Assembly (NCBI GenBank): GCA_963674865.2
Contig: CAXXYE010000009.1
Coordinates: forward strand, 1,184,001 to 1,248,000
Direction: 5' to 3'
From: Candidatus Hydrogenedentota bacterium
Lineage (GTDB): Bacteria; Hydrogenedentota; Hydrogenedentia; Hydrogenedentales; SLHB01
Length of the DNA: 64,000 nucleotides
Made by a program: the position numbers and the translations under genes. The notes under the pieces were generated by a model that was given only the letters and a program-made list of their open reading frames with translations, was not told the DNA's origin and searched no databases. Below are positions 29,470 to 39,718 of the stretch, piece after piece. Positions within the stretch are counted from its first letter, which is position 1. Every line of letters starts with the position of its first letter.

Positions 29470-31675
29470 GCGGCGGGGCGCAGTCCTTACATCCGAGCGT
29501 CTACTCTTCTGGACGGCGGTTGCCATGGCCTTGGTGATGACGGGCGTATTCGCGCGGCCCCTGTTTATGAGCGCCGTGTACGTCGAGGACGATCTGATAG
29601 GCTTCCACCTGCCGCTACGCTTCTTCTACCAAGGCTGTCTCGTCAGGGGCGACTCATTTGCCTGGATGCCGGACCTCTTCATGGGCGTCTATGCCCACGG
29701 CGAGGGCCAGGCGGGGATGCTCCATCCGCTGCACGTGTTTCTCTATCGCTTCCTGCCGCTGGATCGGGCGTTCATGCTCGAGTTGGTGCTGAGTTATCCC
29801 TTCATGTTGCTGGGGCTGTGCCTGTTGCTCCGCCGTTGGCCGGTGCCGCGATTCGCCGCGGTGCTGGGCGCTGCCACGTTCACCTATTGCGGCTTCCCCA
29901 TGTGCCACTACGTTCATCCGAACATGGTGGCGGCCGTGGCCCATGTGCCGTGGCTGCTATGGCTGCTCGACGTGGCTCTGTGCTCGGAGCGAAAACGTTC
30001 GGCGGCCGCGGCGGCGGTGGGGATTGGATTGCTGACAGGCTCCCAGTTGCTTTGCGGCCATCCGGAATCAGTGTGCTGGTCGGGCCTTCTGGAAGCGGCG
30101 TACGCGGCGTTTCTCTGGCCTCGCACGCGTGCTTGCCGGCGTTATCTGCACGTACTCGCCGGGAAGGTACTTGGCGTTATGCTCGGGGCGCTCCAGTGGC
30201 TTCCCACGATGGAGATGCTGAAGTACTCCGAGCGGGCGGCTACCACGTTCGACGCGCAATCGCTCAGCCCCGTGAACCTGTTCCAGTTCGTTAGTCCGTA
30301 CCTGTTCCACCGGCGCATGGTAGGCACGGTACCGTGGAATGCGCTGTACACGGGGGCCGTCACCGCTGTGCTTGCCGTCTGGTTGATGGGCCGCGTTCGC
30401 AAGCTAGGCCGCCTTAGGCCCCTCGCGTGGGCGGCCATCGCGGCGGCCCTGGCGGGCCTCTTCCTGGCGGGAGGGACTTACACCGGCGCGGATCGGCTCC
30501 TCTTTCACCTCCCCGTAGTGCGGGCGTTTCATACCATGGAGCGCTATGTTTTGTTCGTCCACCTCGGACTTGCCGTTCTCATGGCCATTGCCCTGGCGGA
30601 ACTGCATGCCGCGCGCGCGCGGCATGAGCGATTCGAGCGGGGCCGGGCCTGGAGCCTTGCCGTGCTCCCAGGTGTGAGTTGGCTGTTGGTACTGGCCGTG
30701 GCATTGGTGCGTCTGCGCGGTGGGGCACTGCCTCATGGCCTTGTGGAAACATGGGTGGCGCCCACGAGGAACCTCGCGATTGGCGCTGTCCTCGTCACTG
30801 CGGCGGCGGGACTGGTGTTCGCGGCGGCACGGGGCTTCGGCCCGGCGCTCATAGCCATCGTGCTGTTCGCCACGCTGGATATCTCGCTGTACGGACTGCG
30901 CCACAAGGATCACGAGCGCCTTGACACGCTACTGCAAGGAATCGAGATGCCCCCTGAGACGGGGGCATACCGGGTGGCCTCGTATTACCAGCCAGGCTAC
31001 GGCGTCGATGTACCTATCATGCGCGGCGTGAAGCTACAAAGCGGCTACTTCGCACTCAGGCCGCGGCGGCTCTTGGACTACTCGGATATCACCGCGCTGC
31101 GGCTGGCTTCGGTGGGCGCGCGGAAGGTGCGGTACGGCCAATGGCCCGAGGCCGCGTACGCGCCGGATCGAGGCGAGCGGTGGGAGCTGGCGCCCGATCC
31201 GATGCCGCGAGTTCGGCTCGTGACGGATGCGGTGGTGAGCGATGAGCCGGCGCATGCGATAGACAGCGTCGACATTGCGAGGACGGCCATCGTCGATGAG
31301 GCCGTAGCGCTCGGAGGTGGGGAGACGGGCAAGGCAGACATCCTGTCGGATCGTCCCGGGCGCGTCGAGGTCCGGACAGAGGCGCCGGCGGCGCAGCTTC
31401 TAGTGATTTCGGAGAGTTATCATCCGGGCTGGCGCGCCGATATCGGTGGCCAAGCCGCGTCCGTGTTGCGCGTGAACGGGGACTTCATGGGATGCGTCGT
31501 GCCCCCCGGTGAGCACCGGATCGCCTTTCAGTTTGATCCGGACAGCTTGTGTGTAGGCAAGTGGCTTAGCCTGGCCGGGGCCGTACTCACGTTCGTGTAC
31601 GCCGTTCTGGCGTTAGCGCCGTGGCGGGGACGGGCGACTGCGGAAGGCGCTTTCAAGGAGGACATAAGGCCATGA
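29459..31675 (+). CDS. YfhO-family membrane protein (GT-C)
   Basis: Multi-TM; C-terminal LVISESYHPGWRA..VNGDFMG..VPPGEH. Confidence 0.85.
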   Translation: MADKRRGAVLTSERLLFWTAVAMALVMTGVFARPLFMSAVYVEDDLIGFHLPLRFFYQGCLVRGDSFAWMPDLFMGVYAHGEGQAGMLHPLHVFLYRFLPLDRAFMLELVLSYPFMLLGLCLLLRRWPVPRFAAVLGAATFTYCGFPMCHYVHPNMVAAVAHVPWLLWLLDVALCSERKRSAAAAAVGIGLLTGSQLLCGHPESVCWSGLLEAAYAAFLWPRTRACRRYLHVLAGKVLGVMLGALQWLPTMEMLKYSERAATTFDAQSLSPVNLFQFVSPYLFHRRMVGTVPWNALYTGAVTAVLAVWLMGRVRKLGRLRPLAWAAIAAALAGLFLAGGTYTGADRLLFHLPVVRAFHTMERYVLFVHLGLAVLMAIALAELHAARARHERFERGRAWSLAVLPGVSWLLVLAVALVRLRGGALPHGLVETWVAPTRNLAIGAVLVTAAAGLVFAAARGFGPALIAIVLFATLDISLYGLRHKDHERLDTLLQGIEMPPETGAYRVASYYQPGYGVDVPIMRGVKLQSGYFALRPRRLLDYSDITALRLASVGARKVRYGQWPEAAYAPDRGERWELAPDPMPRVRLVTDAVVSDEPAHAIDSVDIARTAIVDEAVALGGGETGKADILSDRPGRVEVRTEAPAAQLLVISESYHPGWRADIGGQAASVLRVNGDFMGCVVPPGEHRIAFQFDPDSLCVGKWLSLAGAVLTFVYAVLALAPWRGRATAEGAFKEDIRP

Positions 31676-32955
31676 TGACATCACGAGAAAGGGTGCGGCG
31701 TGCGCTCCAACACGAAGAGCCGGATCATGTTCCTCTCGACCTTGGCGCGAGCGCCGTGACGGGAATGCACGTGAATTCGGTGTATGCGTTGCGGCAGGCC
31801 CTCGGTTTGGACGCCCCGGGGACGCCGGTGAAGGTCGTCGAGCCGTATCAAATGTTGGGCGAAGTGGCGGCAGACCTCATCGAGGCGCTCGGTGTGGACG
31901 TGATCGGCCTGGGTGGCCGGCACACGCTATTCGGATTCGAGAACAAGGACTGGAAACCTTGGACGACCTTCCAAGGGACGCCCGTGCTGGTTCCCGGGGC
32001 GTTCAACACGGAGCCGGAATCGAACGGCGACCTGCTGATGTATCCGGAGGGAGATCGCAGCGTGCCGGCGAGCGGCCGTATGCCAAGCGGCGGCTGGTAT
32101 TTCGACACGATCATTCGTCAGCCGCCGATTGATGACGCTTGCCTGGACCCCGAGGAGAACCTCGAAGAGTTCGGCCCTATCACGGATGAGGAGCTGGCGC
32201 ATTTCGAGTCCGAGGCGGCGCGGCTCTACCGTGAGACGGATAAGGCGATCTTGGCGAACTTCGGCGGGACGGCCTTCGGTGACATTGCGCTCGTGCCTGC
32301 GCCGTGGCTGAAGCACCCCCGGGGCATTCGGGACATCGCCGAGTGGTACACGAGCACGCTGACGCGGCGGGACTATGTCTACACCGTGTTCGAGCGCCAG
32401 TGCGCGATCGCCTTGGCAAACTTGGAGAGGATCTACGGCGTGGTGGGAGATAAAGTGGCGGCGGTCTTTGTCACCGGCACCGATTTCGGTGCGCAGCACG
32501 GGCCGTTCATCTCCCCGGACGCCTACCGCGACCTATACCTCCCCTTCCATAAGGCCGTGAATGATTGGATACACGCCCATACGCCGTGGAAGACGTTCAT
32601 CCATACGTGCGGATCGGTGCGGGTCTTGATCCCGCAGCTCATCGAGGCCGGCTTTGACATCCTGAATCCGGTACAGTGCTCGGCGGCGGATATGGATCCC
32701 GGCGCGTTGAAAACGGCGTTTGGCGAACGGCTGACGTTCTGGGGCGGCGGCGTTGACACGCAGCATACGCTGCCTTTCGGCACGGCCGACGAGGTCCGCG
32801 CGGAGGTCTGCGAACGCATCCGAATCTTCGCGCCGGGCGGCGGATTCGTCTTCAACACGATTCACAATGTGCAGTCCGGGATACCGGTGGAGAATCTCCT
32901 GGCGCTGTACGACACGGTTCGGAAGGAAGGTGCGTATCCCGTCGCTCCGGCATGA
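31672..32955 (+). CDS. URO-D/cobamide methyltransferase-family protein
   Basis: MTSRER, PDHVPLDLG, TDFG, FIHTCG, LNPVQ, FWGGGVDTQ; ATGA overlap with yfhO-like stop. Confidence 0.88.
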   Translation: MMTSRERVRRALQHEEPDHVPLDLGASAVTGMHVNSVYALRQALGLDAPGTPVKVVEPYQMLGEVAADLIEALGVDVIGLGGRHTLFGFENKDWKPWTTFQGTPVLVPGAFNTEPESNGDLLMYPEGDRSVPASGRMPSGGWYFDTIIRQPPIDDACLDPEENLEEFGPITDEELAHFESEAARLYRETDKAILANFGGTAFGDIALVPAPWLKHPRGIRDIAEWYTSTLTRRDYVYTVFERQCAIALANLERIYGVVGDKVAAVFVTGTDFGAQHGPFISPDAYRDLYLPFHKAVNDWIHAHTPWKTFIHTCGSVRVLIPQLIEAGFDILNPVQCSAADMDPGALKTAFGERLTFWGGGVDTQHTLPFGTADEVRAEVCERIRIFAPGGGFVFNTIHNVQSGIPVENLLALYDTVRKEGAYPVAPA

Positions 32956-33087
32956 CAAGCGTCAAGGGGCACGGCGTTCCTGAGAACTCGCGTGAGGCCA
33001 GAATCCGCTCCTAAGCGTGGTCCTGCATATTCCCGCGATTAGCGCGGAACCTGCCCGGCTTACGTGCGGATTTGGGTGACGTGAACG

Positions 33088-34071
33088 CTATTGGCTTTTT
33101 AGGGCCTTCAGGGCGAGGTCATGGAGTGGCCCGCCGTTCGACGCGAGGACGCCACGGTTGGCGGCGAGGGTGCGGCCGCGGGTGAAGTCGAGGGCCGCCC
33201 CCGCGAGGTCCGTGATGCGCCCGCCCGCTTCTTCGAGAATGATGGAGCCGGCGGCCTGATCCCAGATCTTCTCACGGTAGTCCGGCTGCTTAGCGGAAAG
33301 CAGGCGGAATAGCAGATCGCCGTATCCCGCGGCCAGGACGCCGTACTTGGCTTGGCTGTCCATGCGGACGGGGTCGCCTCGGACGCCCATCGCTTCGAGG
33401 ATGACATCGAGCTGGTTTGTGTTGGTGTGGGCCGCTTCGAACGAGCGCATCACGCGCGCCGGGGCCGGCTCCCGGCAATCGGAAACGCGAAGCGGCACGA
33501 AGGTGTCCTCTCCGGCGAGGGGCGTTGCCCACGTGCCTTGGCCCCGGACGGCGACGATTATTGCACCGCCGCCGCGCATCCCGGGACGGCACTCCTCATC
33601 GAGGTTGGGGCATCCGAGCACGCCGAGTTCGACTTGGCCGTCGACGAGGTACGCGAGGGCGACCGCGTACTGATCGCCGCGGATGAATCCTTTGGTGCCG
33701 TCCACGGGATCAAGCGTCCAGAAGCGCTCCGTGGGCTCAGAGCCACCGTGGTCGATCCAGTCGCAAACCGCCTCGGGCGTGGCGTCCGGGCAGACCCGCT
33801 TCACGAAATCCGCGACGGCCTCGAGGGTGGCCGCATTGGCGGCTGCGCGCAAGGCGGCCGCGTCTTCCTCGGCGACAAGGATATCGGAGGGGAATGCGTC
33901 GGCAAGCAGACGTCCCACGACGGCCTGAGCGCTGAAATCGGCGACGGTGACGGGGGATCGATCATCCTTGGTTAAGGCGTCCACGGACTGCACCATCTGC
34001 GTAACCTGCGCGGCCTTCCGCACAGCCTCAAGGGCAAATTGAGTTCTCGGATCGGATATATCGAAGGACAT
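33088..34071 (-). CDS. 3'(2'),5'-bisphosphate nucleotidase, HAL2/SAL1 type
   Basis: KDDRSPVTVADF, AEED, WTLDPVDGTKGF, DSQAKY, EKIWDQAAG. Confidence 0.88.
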   Translation of the reverse strand: MSFDISDPRTQFALEAVRKAAQVTQMVQSVDALTKDDRSPVTVADFSAQAVVGRLLADAFPSDILVAEEDAAALRAAANAATLEAVADFVKRVCPDATPEAVCDWIDHGGSEPTERFWTLDPVDGTKGFIRGDQYAVALAYLVDGQVELGVLGCPNLDEECRPGMRGGGAIIVAVRGQGTWATPLAGEDTFVPLRVSDCREPAPARVMRSFEAAHTNTNQLDVILEAMGVRGDPVRMDSQAKYGVLAAGYGDLLFRLLSAKQPDYREKIWDQAAGSIILEEAGGRITDLAGAALDFTRGRTLAANRGVLASNGGPLHDLALKALKSQ

Positions 34072-34334
34072 GAAAAACCTCCATGAAATAGCGGAATAGG
34101 TTCGGAAACCGACGTATTTTACGCGATTCCGGGCTCGAAAGACAGTGTTCCTGGCCTGCGTACGAAGGAGTAAGCTGCGGCGGCCCCGGTTGCCTTTCCG
34201 AGGGCCTTGGACTATCCTCGAATCATGCGTCTTCGCCATGATACCTGCGTGAGAGCCTGCAAGCAGCCCGCCACGCGTAGTGGGAGGGTGACGAAAGAGG
34301 TTAGGGCCGCCTGAGCGGCCGGGGAATCCGGAGA

Positions 34335-35024
34335 ATGTCGCTCAAGATACTCGTGGTTGAGGACGAGCCGGCTATCGCCGACACGATCACCTATGCCTTG
34401 CGCACGGAAGGCTTTGAGGTTGTCTGGTGTGCCACGGGCGAGGAAGCGCTGCGTGTCCTGGAGGGGGACGACATCAGCCTGGTGGTGCTGGACGTGGGGC
34501 TGCCGGACTGCAACGGGTTCGACGTCTGCAAGGACATCCGCAAGACCTCCGGCGTGCCGATTATCTTTCTCACGGCGCGCACAGATGAAATCGATCGCGT
34601 GGTGGGGCTCGAGATCGGGGGGGATGACTACGTACCGAAGCCCTTCAGCCCGCGGGAGCTTGCCGCGCGAGTCAAGGCGGTTCTGCGGCGGTACTCGATG
34701 CCGGATGCGGGCGGGGGGGAGGATGGTGCGGCCTCGCCGTTCGTCGTCGACAAACACCGGATGAGGATTGCGTATTTCGGCGAGGCGCTCGAGCTTTCGC
34801 GCTATGAGTACCGGATTCTCGAGGTGCTGATACGCCGTCCCGGCTGGGTTTATTCGCGGGAGAAGCTGATGGAGCTGGCGTGGGAAGCGCCGGAAGCGAG
34901 CATGGAGCGGACGGTGGATACGCACATCAAGACGATCCGCGCCAAGCTGCGGGAGATCCGGCCCGATATCGATCCGATTCGGACGCACCGCGGGGTGGGC
35001 TATTCGCTGGGAGAATCATGCTAA
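34335..35024 (+). CDS. creB: OmpR-family response regulator CreB
   Basis: VEDEPAIADT, LDVGLPD, ERTVDTHIKTIRAKL, THRGVGY; upstream of creC. Confidence 0.85.
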   Translation: MSLKILVVEDEPAIADTITYALRTEGFEVVWCATGEEALRVLEGDDISLVVLDVGLPDCNGFDVCKDIRKTSGVPIIFLTARTDEIDRVVGLEIGGDDYVPKPFSPRELAARVKAVLRRYSMPDAGGGEDGAASPFVVDKHRMRIAYFGEALELSRYEYRILEVLIRRPGWVYSREKLMELAWEAPEASMERTVDTHIKTIRAKLREIRPDIDPIRTHRGVGYSLGESC

Positions 35025-36466
35025 CCATCCGGACACGCCTAGTGGTGGCCTTCCTGGCGCTGGTTGGACTGGGATTCTATGCCCTCACCGACTGGATCCT
35101 GGATGACTTGCGGCCGCGGTACCTGGAGGCCATGGAAGAATCCATGGTGGACACAGCCACCTTGCTCTCCTCGCTGGTTGCGAGTCAGATGAAGTCGGAG
35201 GGTATCGACGCGGGGGACTTGCGGCCGGCCTTTGATGCTGCCCGTAGGAGGCGATTCGCCGCGAGAATCTACGACATGACGAAGACACACCTTGAGATGC
35301 GCGTCTACATCACGGATCGCCAAGGTGTCGTAATCTTCGACTCGGACGACGGCCGGGACGAAGGCAAGGATTACTCGCGCTGGAACGATGTGTTTCGCAC
35401 GCTCAAGGGCGAATACGGGGCGCGGACGACGCGTGTCCAGCCGGACGACCCGACCTCGGAGATCCTCTATGTGGCCTCGCCGATTGAGGTCGACGGGGAT
35501 ATTGTCGGAGTGCTGACGGTGTGCAAGCCGTCCGGAAGCGTGCACCTGTTTCTGGAGGCGGCGAGGACGGAGATCTCGGTGGCGGGCATTATCGCCGCGG
35601 TGGCGGTTGTCGGCCTCGGTGTGGTGTTGTCGATTTGGGTGACGCATCCGATAGAGCAACTGACGCACCATGTGCAGGCAGTTCGCGACGGTAAACGCGT
35701 GGCCGCGCCGCGACTGGGCGGCGAGATCGGCGTGCTCGGGTCGGCGCTTGAGGAGATGCGGACCGCGCTCGAGGGTAAGCAATACATCGAGGAATACGTG
35801 CAGACGTTGACGCACCAGATGAAAAGCCCGCTGTCTGCGATTCGAGGGGCCGCCGAATTGCTCGAAGAGGATATGCCGTCCGAGCAGCGGCGGCAATTCC
35901 TCGAAAACCTGCGCTCCGAGTCGGGCCGCATCCAGGATCTTGTCGAGCGCCTGCTCCAGCTTTCCTCCCTCGAGAACAGGAAGGCATTGCGCGATGTCGA
36001 GGAGATCGATGTCGGAAACCTGCTGGCGGAGGCCGTCGCGGGACTGGCGTCCGTGCTCTCGGGCCGGAAGGTGCAGATCTTTCCCACCTCGGGGCCACCG
36101 GTTGTCATCAAGGGTGAGCGGTTTCTCGTGCGGCAGGCCGTGACGAATCTGCTCCAGAATGCCGTGGACTTCAGCGAACCGGACGGCGCGGTAACGATAG
36201 CCGCTGAGCAGCGGAACGGCGAGGTCGAGATCCGCGTCTTGGATGACGGCCCCGGCGTGCCGGAATACGCATTGGACAAGGTGTTCGAGCGATTCTACTC
36301 GCTGCGTCGGCCCGCCACCGGCAAGACAAGCTCCGGGCTGGGACTTGCCTTTGTCAAGGAAGTGGCGACATTGCACGGAGGGCGCGCCGCGCTCGAGAAT
36401 CGTCCTGAGGGCGGCGCCAAAGCCACATTGGTGCTGCCCGTAGAGCCGGAAAGCCGTCTTGCCTGA
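35018..36466 (+). CDS. creC: Sensor histidine kinase CreC
   Basis: DYSRWNDV..TLKGEYGARTT, LEGKQYIEEYVQTLTHQMKSPL, FERFYSL..SSGLGL. Confidence 0.9.
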   Translation: MLTIRTRLVVAFLALVGLGFYALTDWILDDLRPRYLEAMEESMVDTATLLSSLVASQMKSEGIDAGDLRPAFDAARRRRFAARIYDMTKTHLEMRVYITDRQGVVIFDSDDGRDEGKDYSRWNDVFRTLKGEYGARTTRVQPDDPTSEILYVASPIEVDGDIVGVLTVCKPSGSVHLFLEAARTEISVAGIIAAVAVVGLGVVLSIWVTHPIEQLTHHVQAVRDGKRVAAPRLGGEIGVLGSALEEMRTALEGKQYIEEYVQTLTHQMKSPLSAIRGAAELLEEDMPSEQRRQFLENLRSESGRIQDLVERLLQLSSLENRKALRDVEEIDVGNLLAEAVAGLASVLSGRKVQIFPTSGPPVVIKGERFLVRQAVTNLLQNAVDFSEPDGAVTIAAEQRNGEVEIRVLDDGPGVPEYALDKVFERFYSLRRPATGKTSSGLGLAFVKEVATLHGGRAALENRPEGGAKATLVLPVEPESRLA

Positions 36467-36571
36467 GGCGCCTGAGCCGGAGTTCCCTCCGGCCCCCTCC
36501 TGCAGTTCAGCGGGCTGACGAACGGTACTACTGCGCATCTCAACCACTGCGCGTCTCCCACGATTGCTGAT

Positions 36572-36609
36572 TTCACGTCGATTTCACGCGCGGTTCAACC
36601 TCCTTTCAC
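36572..36609 (+). promoter_or_regulatory. cre-tag array (four CreB half-sites at 11-bp period)
   Basis: TTCAC(36572), TTCAC(36583), TTCAA(36594), TTCAC(36605); TATCGT -10-like at 36620. Confidence 0.8.
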
Positions 36610-36692
36610 GTCCCTTGCGTATCGTTGTGTCAGGCGTTTGGGCAAGTTGCCGCGCCCCTCGAACGATGGGCGGTAGGAAGGAGGGCGGAAAG

Positions 36693-38354
36693 ATGAGATG
36701 CGCGATCCTGGCGGTTGTTTCGTTGGCTATCTCCGCCGCGGCATTCGGACAGGAGGCGGTGTCGCTACCGTGGAGTGAGTTCAAGAACCTGTACCGGGAG
36801 AGTATCGAGCGGGCGGTTCTTGAGCGCGTGCTTGAGGAAAAGCCGCAAGTCCCCCCACAAGTTCATTCGGTTGACGGGGCGCACTACCGGTTGGTAGTGG
36901 ATGGGGAGACGGCCTTGTGCGAGGTTCTGCTATCGGGTGCGCTCGTGTCCGGAGGGCCGGCGCCGATTCCGCTATTCGATGACGCGGTGGTAGTCGTGGA
37001 CACGCCTCGCGTGACGGGCGGCATCTTGATCCAGGGCGCTGGTGACGCACAGGTTGCCTTTCTTCCCGATGGCACAAGCAAGTCCTTTGAGATCGCGGTG
37101 CATCTTCTTGTCCGGGCCCGGGAAGATGAGCGGGCGAGCGTCTTCTCCTTCGGCATCCCGCAGGCCGTTAGAAACTCGCTCGAGCTGCACCTGCCGGCTG
37201 GGTGCCGGCTCACAGAGGAGCCAGGCATCCTTGACGCCGCGGGGGCCTACCACTTTGCGGGCGCGCCCTACTTGAGAGTCGCCTACATTGACAGCAGCGG
37301 CGTCGGGGCGGCAACCGCTGTCGAGATTGATACTCTTTCGCGTTTCGTCGTCCAGAAGAATCGAGTGTTGATGACCACCTCCTTCCTGCCGGTGCGTCCA
37401 CTTCCTGACGCTCTCATCCTCATGCTCCCTGAGGGTGCCGCATATGTCGCTTCGTCCCTGAAGACCTCGTGGATCACCAAGTTGGACGAGGGGCATTACG
37501 AATTGCGCATCCCGGCGGCGGAGCAGAGCGTCTTCTCGCTTGACCTCGAGGTGGCGACCTCGAGTGACGACGGCGAGGTGAGGGCCTCGCTCCCGCGAAT
37601 CGAAGGCAATACGGGACAGCAGGGACGCTTCATCCTAGAGCAGCCGGATGACGGGGAGGTAGGGGTGGCCGCCGAGGAACTCGTCTCGCCCATTCCTGTG
37701 AAACAGCTAGGCCTGCTCCAGCCCGAGGCAAAGGGGAGCCATGCTTTCATGCAGATTCCGGCCGACGGAGAGGTCCGTCTGAGCATCCGGCGCTTTCACG
37801 CGGTGCCGACGCCAACCACGGTGCTTGACTGCCAGTACCTCTACAGCTCCTTCGAGGAGAACGGGAATGTTCTGTCCGTGCTTGTCATGGATGTCCCGCC
37901 GGAGGTGGGAGCGCGAATGACGCTTGAGGCGGTGCCTGATGCGTCTATCTGGTCGCTGACGGTGAACGGGGCGAAGCGGCAAGTCTATGCGGGGGAAAAC
38001 GATACGTGGGTCGTGCCGCTGGAGCAGGCGGCGGTCTCGCACGTTGAGTTGGCGTTTCTCAGGGCCGGGCCGCGGCTGGGATTGCACGGGCGGCTCGAAA
38101 CGCTGATGCCGGCCACCGGCTTGCCTTCGGAGGAAATACGCGTGGGTGTAGCGCTTCCCGAGCGCGTCGAGCTTCTCTCGGCCGAGGGGCCGGTAAACGC
38201 GGCCGCGGGGGGCGTCTGGGATCTGCCGGAAGAATTCGCAGGCAAGCCGTATCTCTTCTCGCGCTCCTATTACGGCGGCGAAGGCATGCGCTTGGCGCTG
38301 ATGTACAAGGAACCCGTGCGCAGCGGGGCAGAGCAGGGAGGGCTTATGCAATGA
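36693..38354 (+). CDS. Exported hypothetical protein (553 aa)
   Basis: Signal peptide MRCAILAVV...AAAFG; beta-rich; AAGGAGG RBS; ATGA overlap with creD-like gene. Confidence 0.75.
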   Translation: MRCAILAVVSLAISAAAFGQEAVSLPWSEFKNLYRESIERAVLERVLEEKPQVPPQVHSVDGAHYRLVVDGETALCEVLLSGALVSGGPAPIPLFDDAVVVVDTPRVTGGILIQGAGDAQVAFLPDGTSKSFEIAVHLLVRAREDERASVFSFGIPQAVRNSLELHLPAGCRLTEEPGILDAAGAYHFAGAPYLRVAYIDSSGVGAATAVEIDTLSRFVVQKNRVLMTTSFLPVRPLPDALILMLPEGAAYVASSLKTSWITKLDEGHYELRIPAAEQSVFSLDLEVATSSDDGEVRASLPRIEGNTGQQGRFILEQPDDGEVGVAAEELVSPIPVKQLGLLQPEAKGSHAFMQIPADGEVRLSIRRFHAVPTPTTVLDCQYLYSSFEENGNVLSVLVMDVPPEVGARMTLEAVPDASIWSLTVNGAKRQVYAGENDTWVVPLEQAAVSHVELAFLRAGPRLGLHGRLETLMPATGLPSEEIRVGVALPERVELLSAEGPVNAAAGGVWDLPEEFAGKPYLFSRSYYGGEGMRLALMYKEPVRSGAEQGGLMQ

Positions 38355-39604
38355 GCGTGCGTAGACTCTTGGCGATTGGATGCATTTTCGCAGCGGCAGC
38401 CGGGGGCTGGTGGATCTTGGGCGGTGCGACGGCAGTGAGGTCGTCGGAATTCGGTAGCCGCCTGGGCGAGGAGGTCCAGCGGCTCTGGGGCGTTCCTCTC
38501 GTGCAGCAGGCGCCGTCGCTATCCGTTGAGATACCGGGGAGCGAACGTGTGCGGTGGATCATGCCGGCGGAGAACAAGGTGCGTGTCGCTTTGCAAGCGG
38601 ACCACCGCAAGAAGGGGCTCATGTGGTATCCAACTTACACGTGTGCCTTCGACGGGACCTATGTCGTCTCCAATCCGGAAGAGGTCACGCAGAAGGTGCG
38701 CATGCATTTCGACTTTCCGGCCAAGGGCGGTACCTACGATGAATTCGCCCTTTATGTAAACGACGAGAAGGTGATGTGTCCTGTCGATACGCGCGAAGGG
38801 GTGGGCGAGATCGCCGAACTCGGCCCCGGAGAAAGGGCGGCGTTCCGCATCACGTACAAGACGCGCGGCATGCGCGAGTGGCGTTACGGCATGGATCCCA
38901 GAGTCGCTCGCGTGCAGAACCTGGACTTGGCCGTTGACACCGGCTTTCGGGATGTTGACTACCCGGACGGATGTCGATCCCCCGTGTCGTCCGAGGCGAC
39001 GGACAACGGCATGCGCCTCACGTGGCAGGCCACCGACCTGATCACGAAGCAGGATATTGGCATAACCATCCCAGAGAAGCTGAATCCGGGGCCGTTGACC
39101 TCCAGAATCACTTTCTTCGCGCCGGTTTGCCTCCTGTTCTTCTTCGTACTCGTCGGAACCATGCAAATCTTGCACAAGGTCAATATCCACCCCATGCATT
39201 ACTTGTTCGTGGCGGCCGGCTTCTTCGCGTTTCATTTGCTACTGGCCTACATGGCGGGGATTGTCAACATCCATGTCGCTTTTGTGATATCCGCGCTAGT
39301 GTCCGTAGGACTTGTGACGAGCTATCTGTCCGCGGCCCTTCGTGGTCGATTCCCTTGGAAGTTGGCCGTTGCGGGCCAGGTGTTCTTCCTCGTGTTGTTC
39401 TCCTACACCTTCTTCCTGAAGGGGATCACGGGCTTATCCGTGGCCATCGGCTCGGTGGTGACGCTCGCCGTGTTGATGAAGGCGACCGCGCAGGTCGAGT
39501 GGGATGATGTCTTTCGGAGGGGCGCAGGGGGCGTTGTACGGACTTCGCCGCCACCCATGGCAGGGGCTGCTGCTTCCGCCGTGCCGGGCCAGCACGAAGG
39601 CTAG
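38351..39604 (+). CDS. creD: CreD-like inner membrane protein
   Basis: N-terminal TM, periplasmic domain, about six C-terminal TMs with IHPMHYLFV; downstream of creBC. Confidence 0.72.
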   Translation: MSVRRLLAIGCIFAAAAGGWWILGGATAVRSSEFGSRLGEEVQRLWGVPLVQQAPSLSVEIPGSERVRWIMPAENKVRVALQADHRKKGLMWYPTYTCAFDGTYVVSNPEEVTQKVRMHFDFPAKGGTYDEFALYVNDEKVMCPVDTREGVGEIAELGPGERAAFRITYKTRGMREWRYGMDPRVARVQNLDLAVDTGFRDVDYPDGCRSPVSSEATDNGMRLTWQATDLITKQDIGITIPEKLNPGPLTSRITFFAPVCLLFFFVLVGTMQILHKVNIHPMHYLFVAAGFFAFHLLLAYMAGIVNIHVAFVISALVSVGLVTSYLSAALRGRFPWKLAVAGQVFFLVLFSYTFFLKGITGLSVAIGSVVTLAVLMKATAQVEWDDVFRRGAGGVVRTSPPPMAGAAASAVPGQHEG

Positions 39605-39678
39605 ACAGTCTGTGGGGAAAACTGGCCCACGTCTCCAACCCATAGCTGACTATGCCGCGCCGGGGGGATATGCCGCTG

Positions 39679-39718
39679 GGCACTCGCTGAGATGCAATCC
39701 AGCATCTCAGCGAATGCC
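39679..39718 (+). terminator. Hairpin after creD-like gene
   Basis: GGCACTCGCTGAGATGC-6 nt-GCATCTCAGCGAATGCC (16/17 paired); weak T tail. Confidence 0.55.

Noticed and set aside
34072..34334. Riboswitch or sRNA upstream of creB
   Set aside because: Only short GC hairpins; no known aptamer signature recognised
35039..36547. 502-aa antisense ORF over creC (likewise 39955-41148, 43950-45068, 60175-61263, 14063-15181)
   Set aside because: Shadow ORFs of GC-rich codon usage; no motifs; fully overlap well-supported genes
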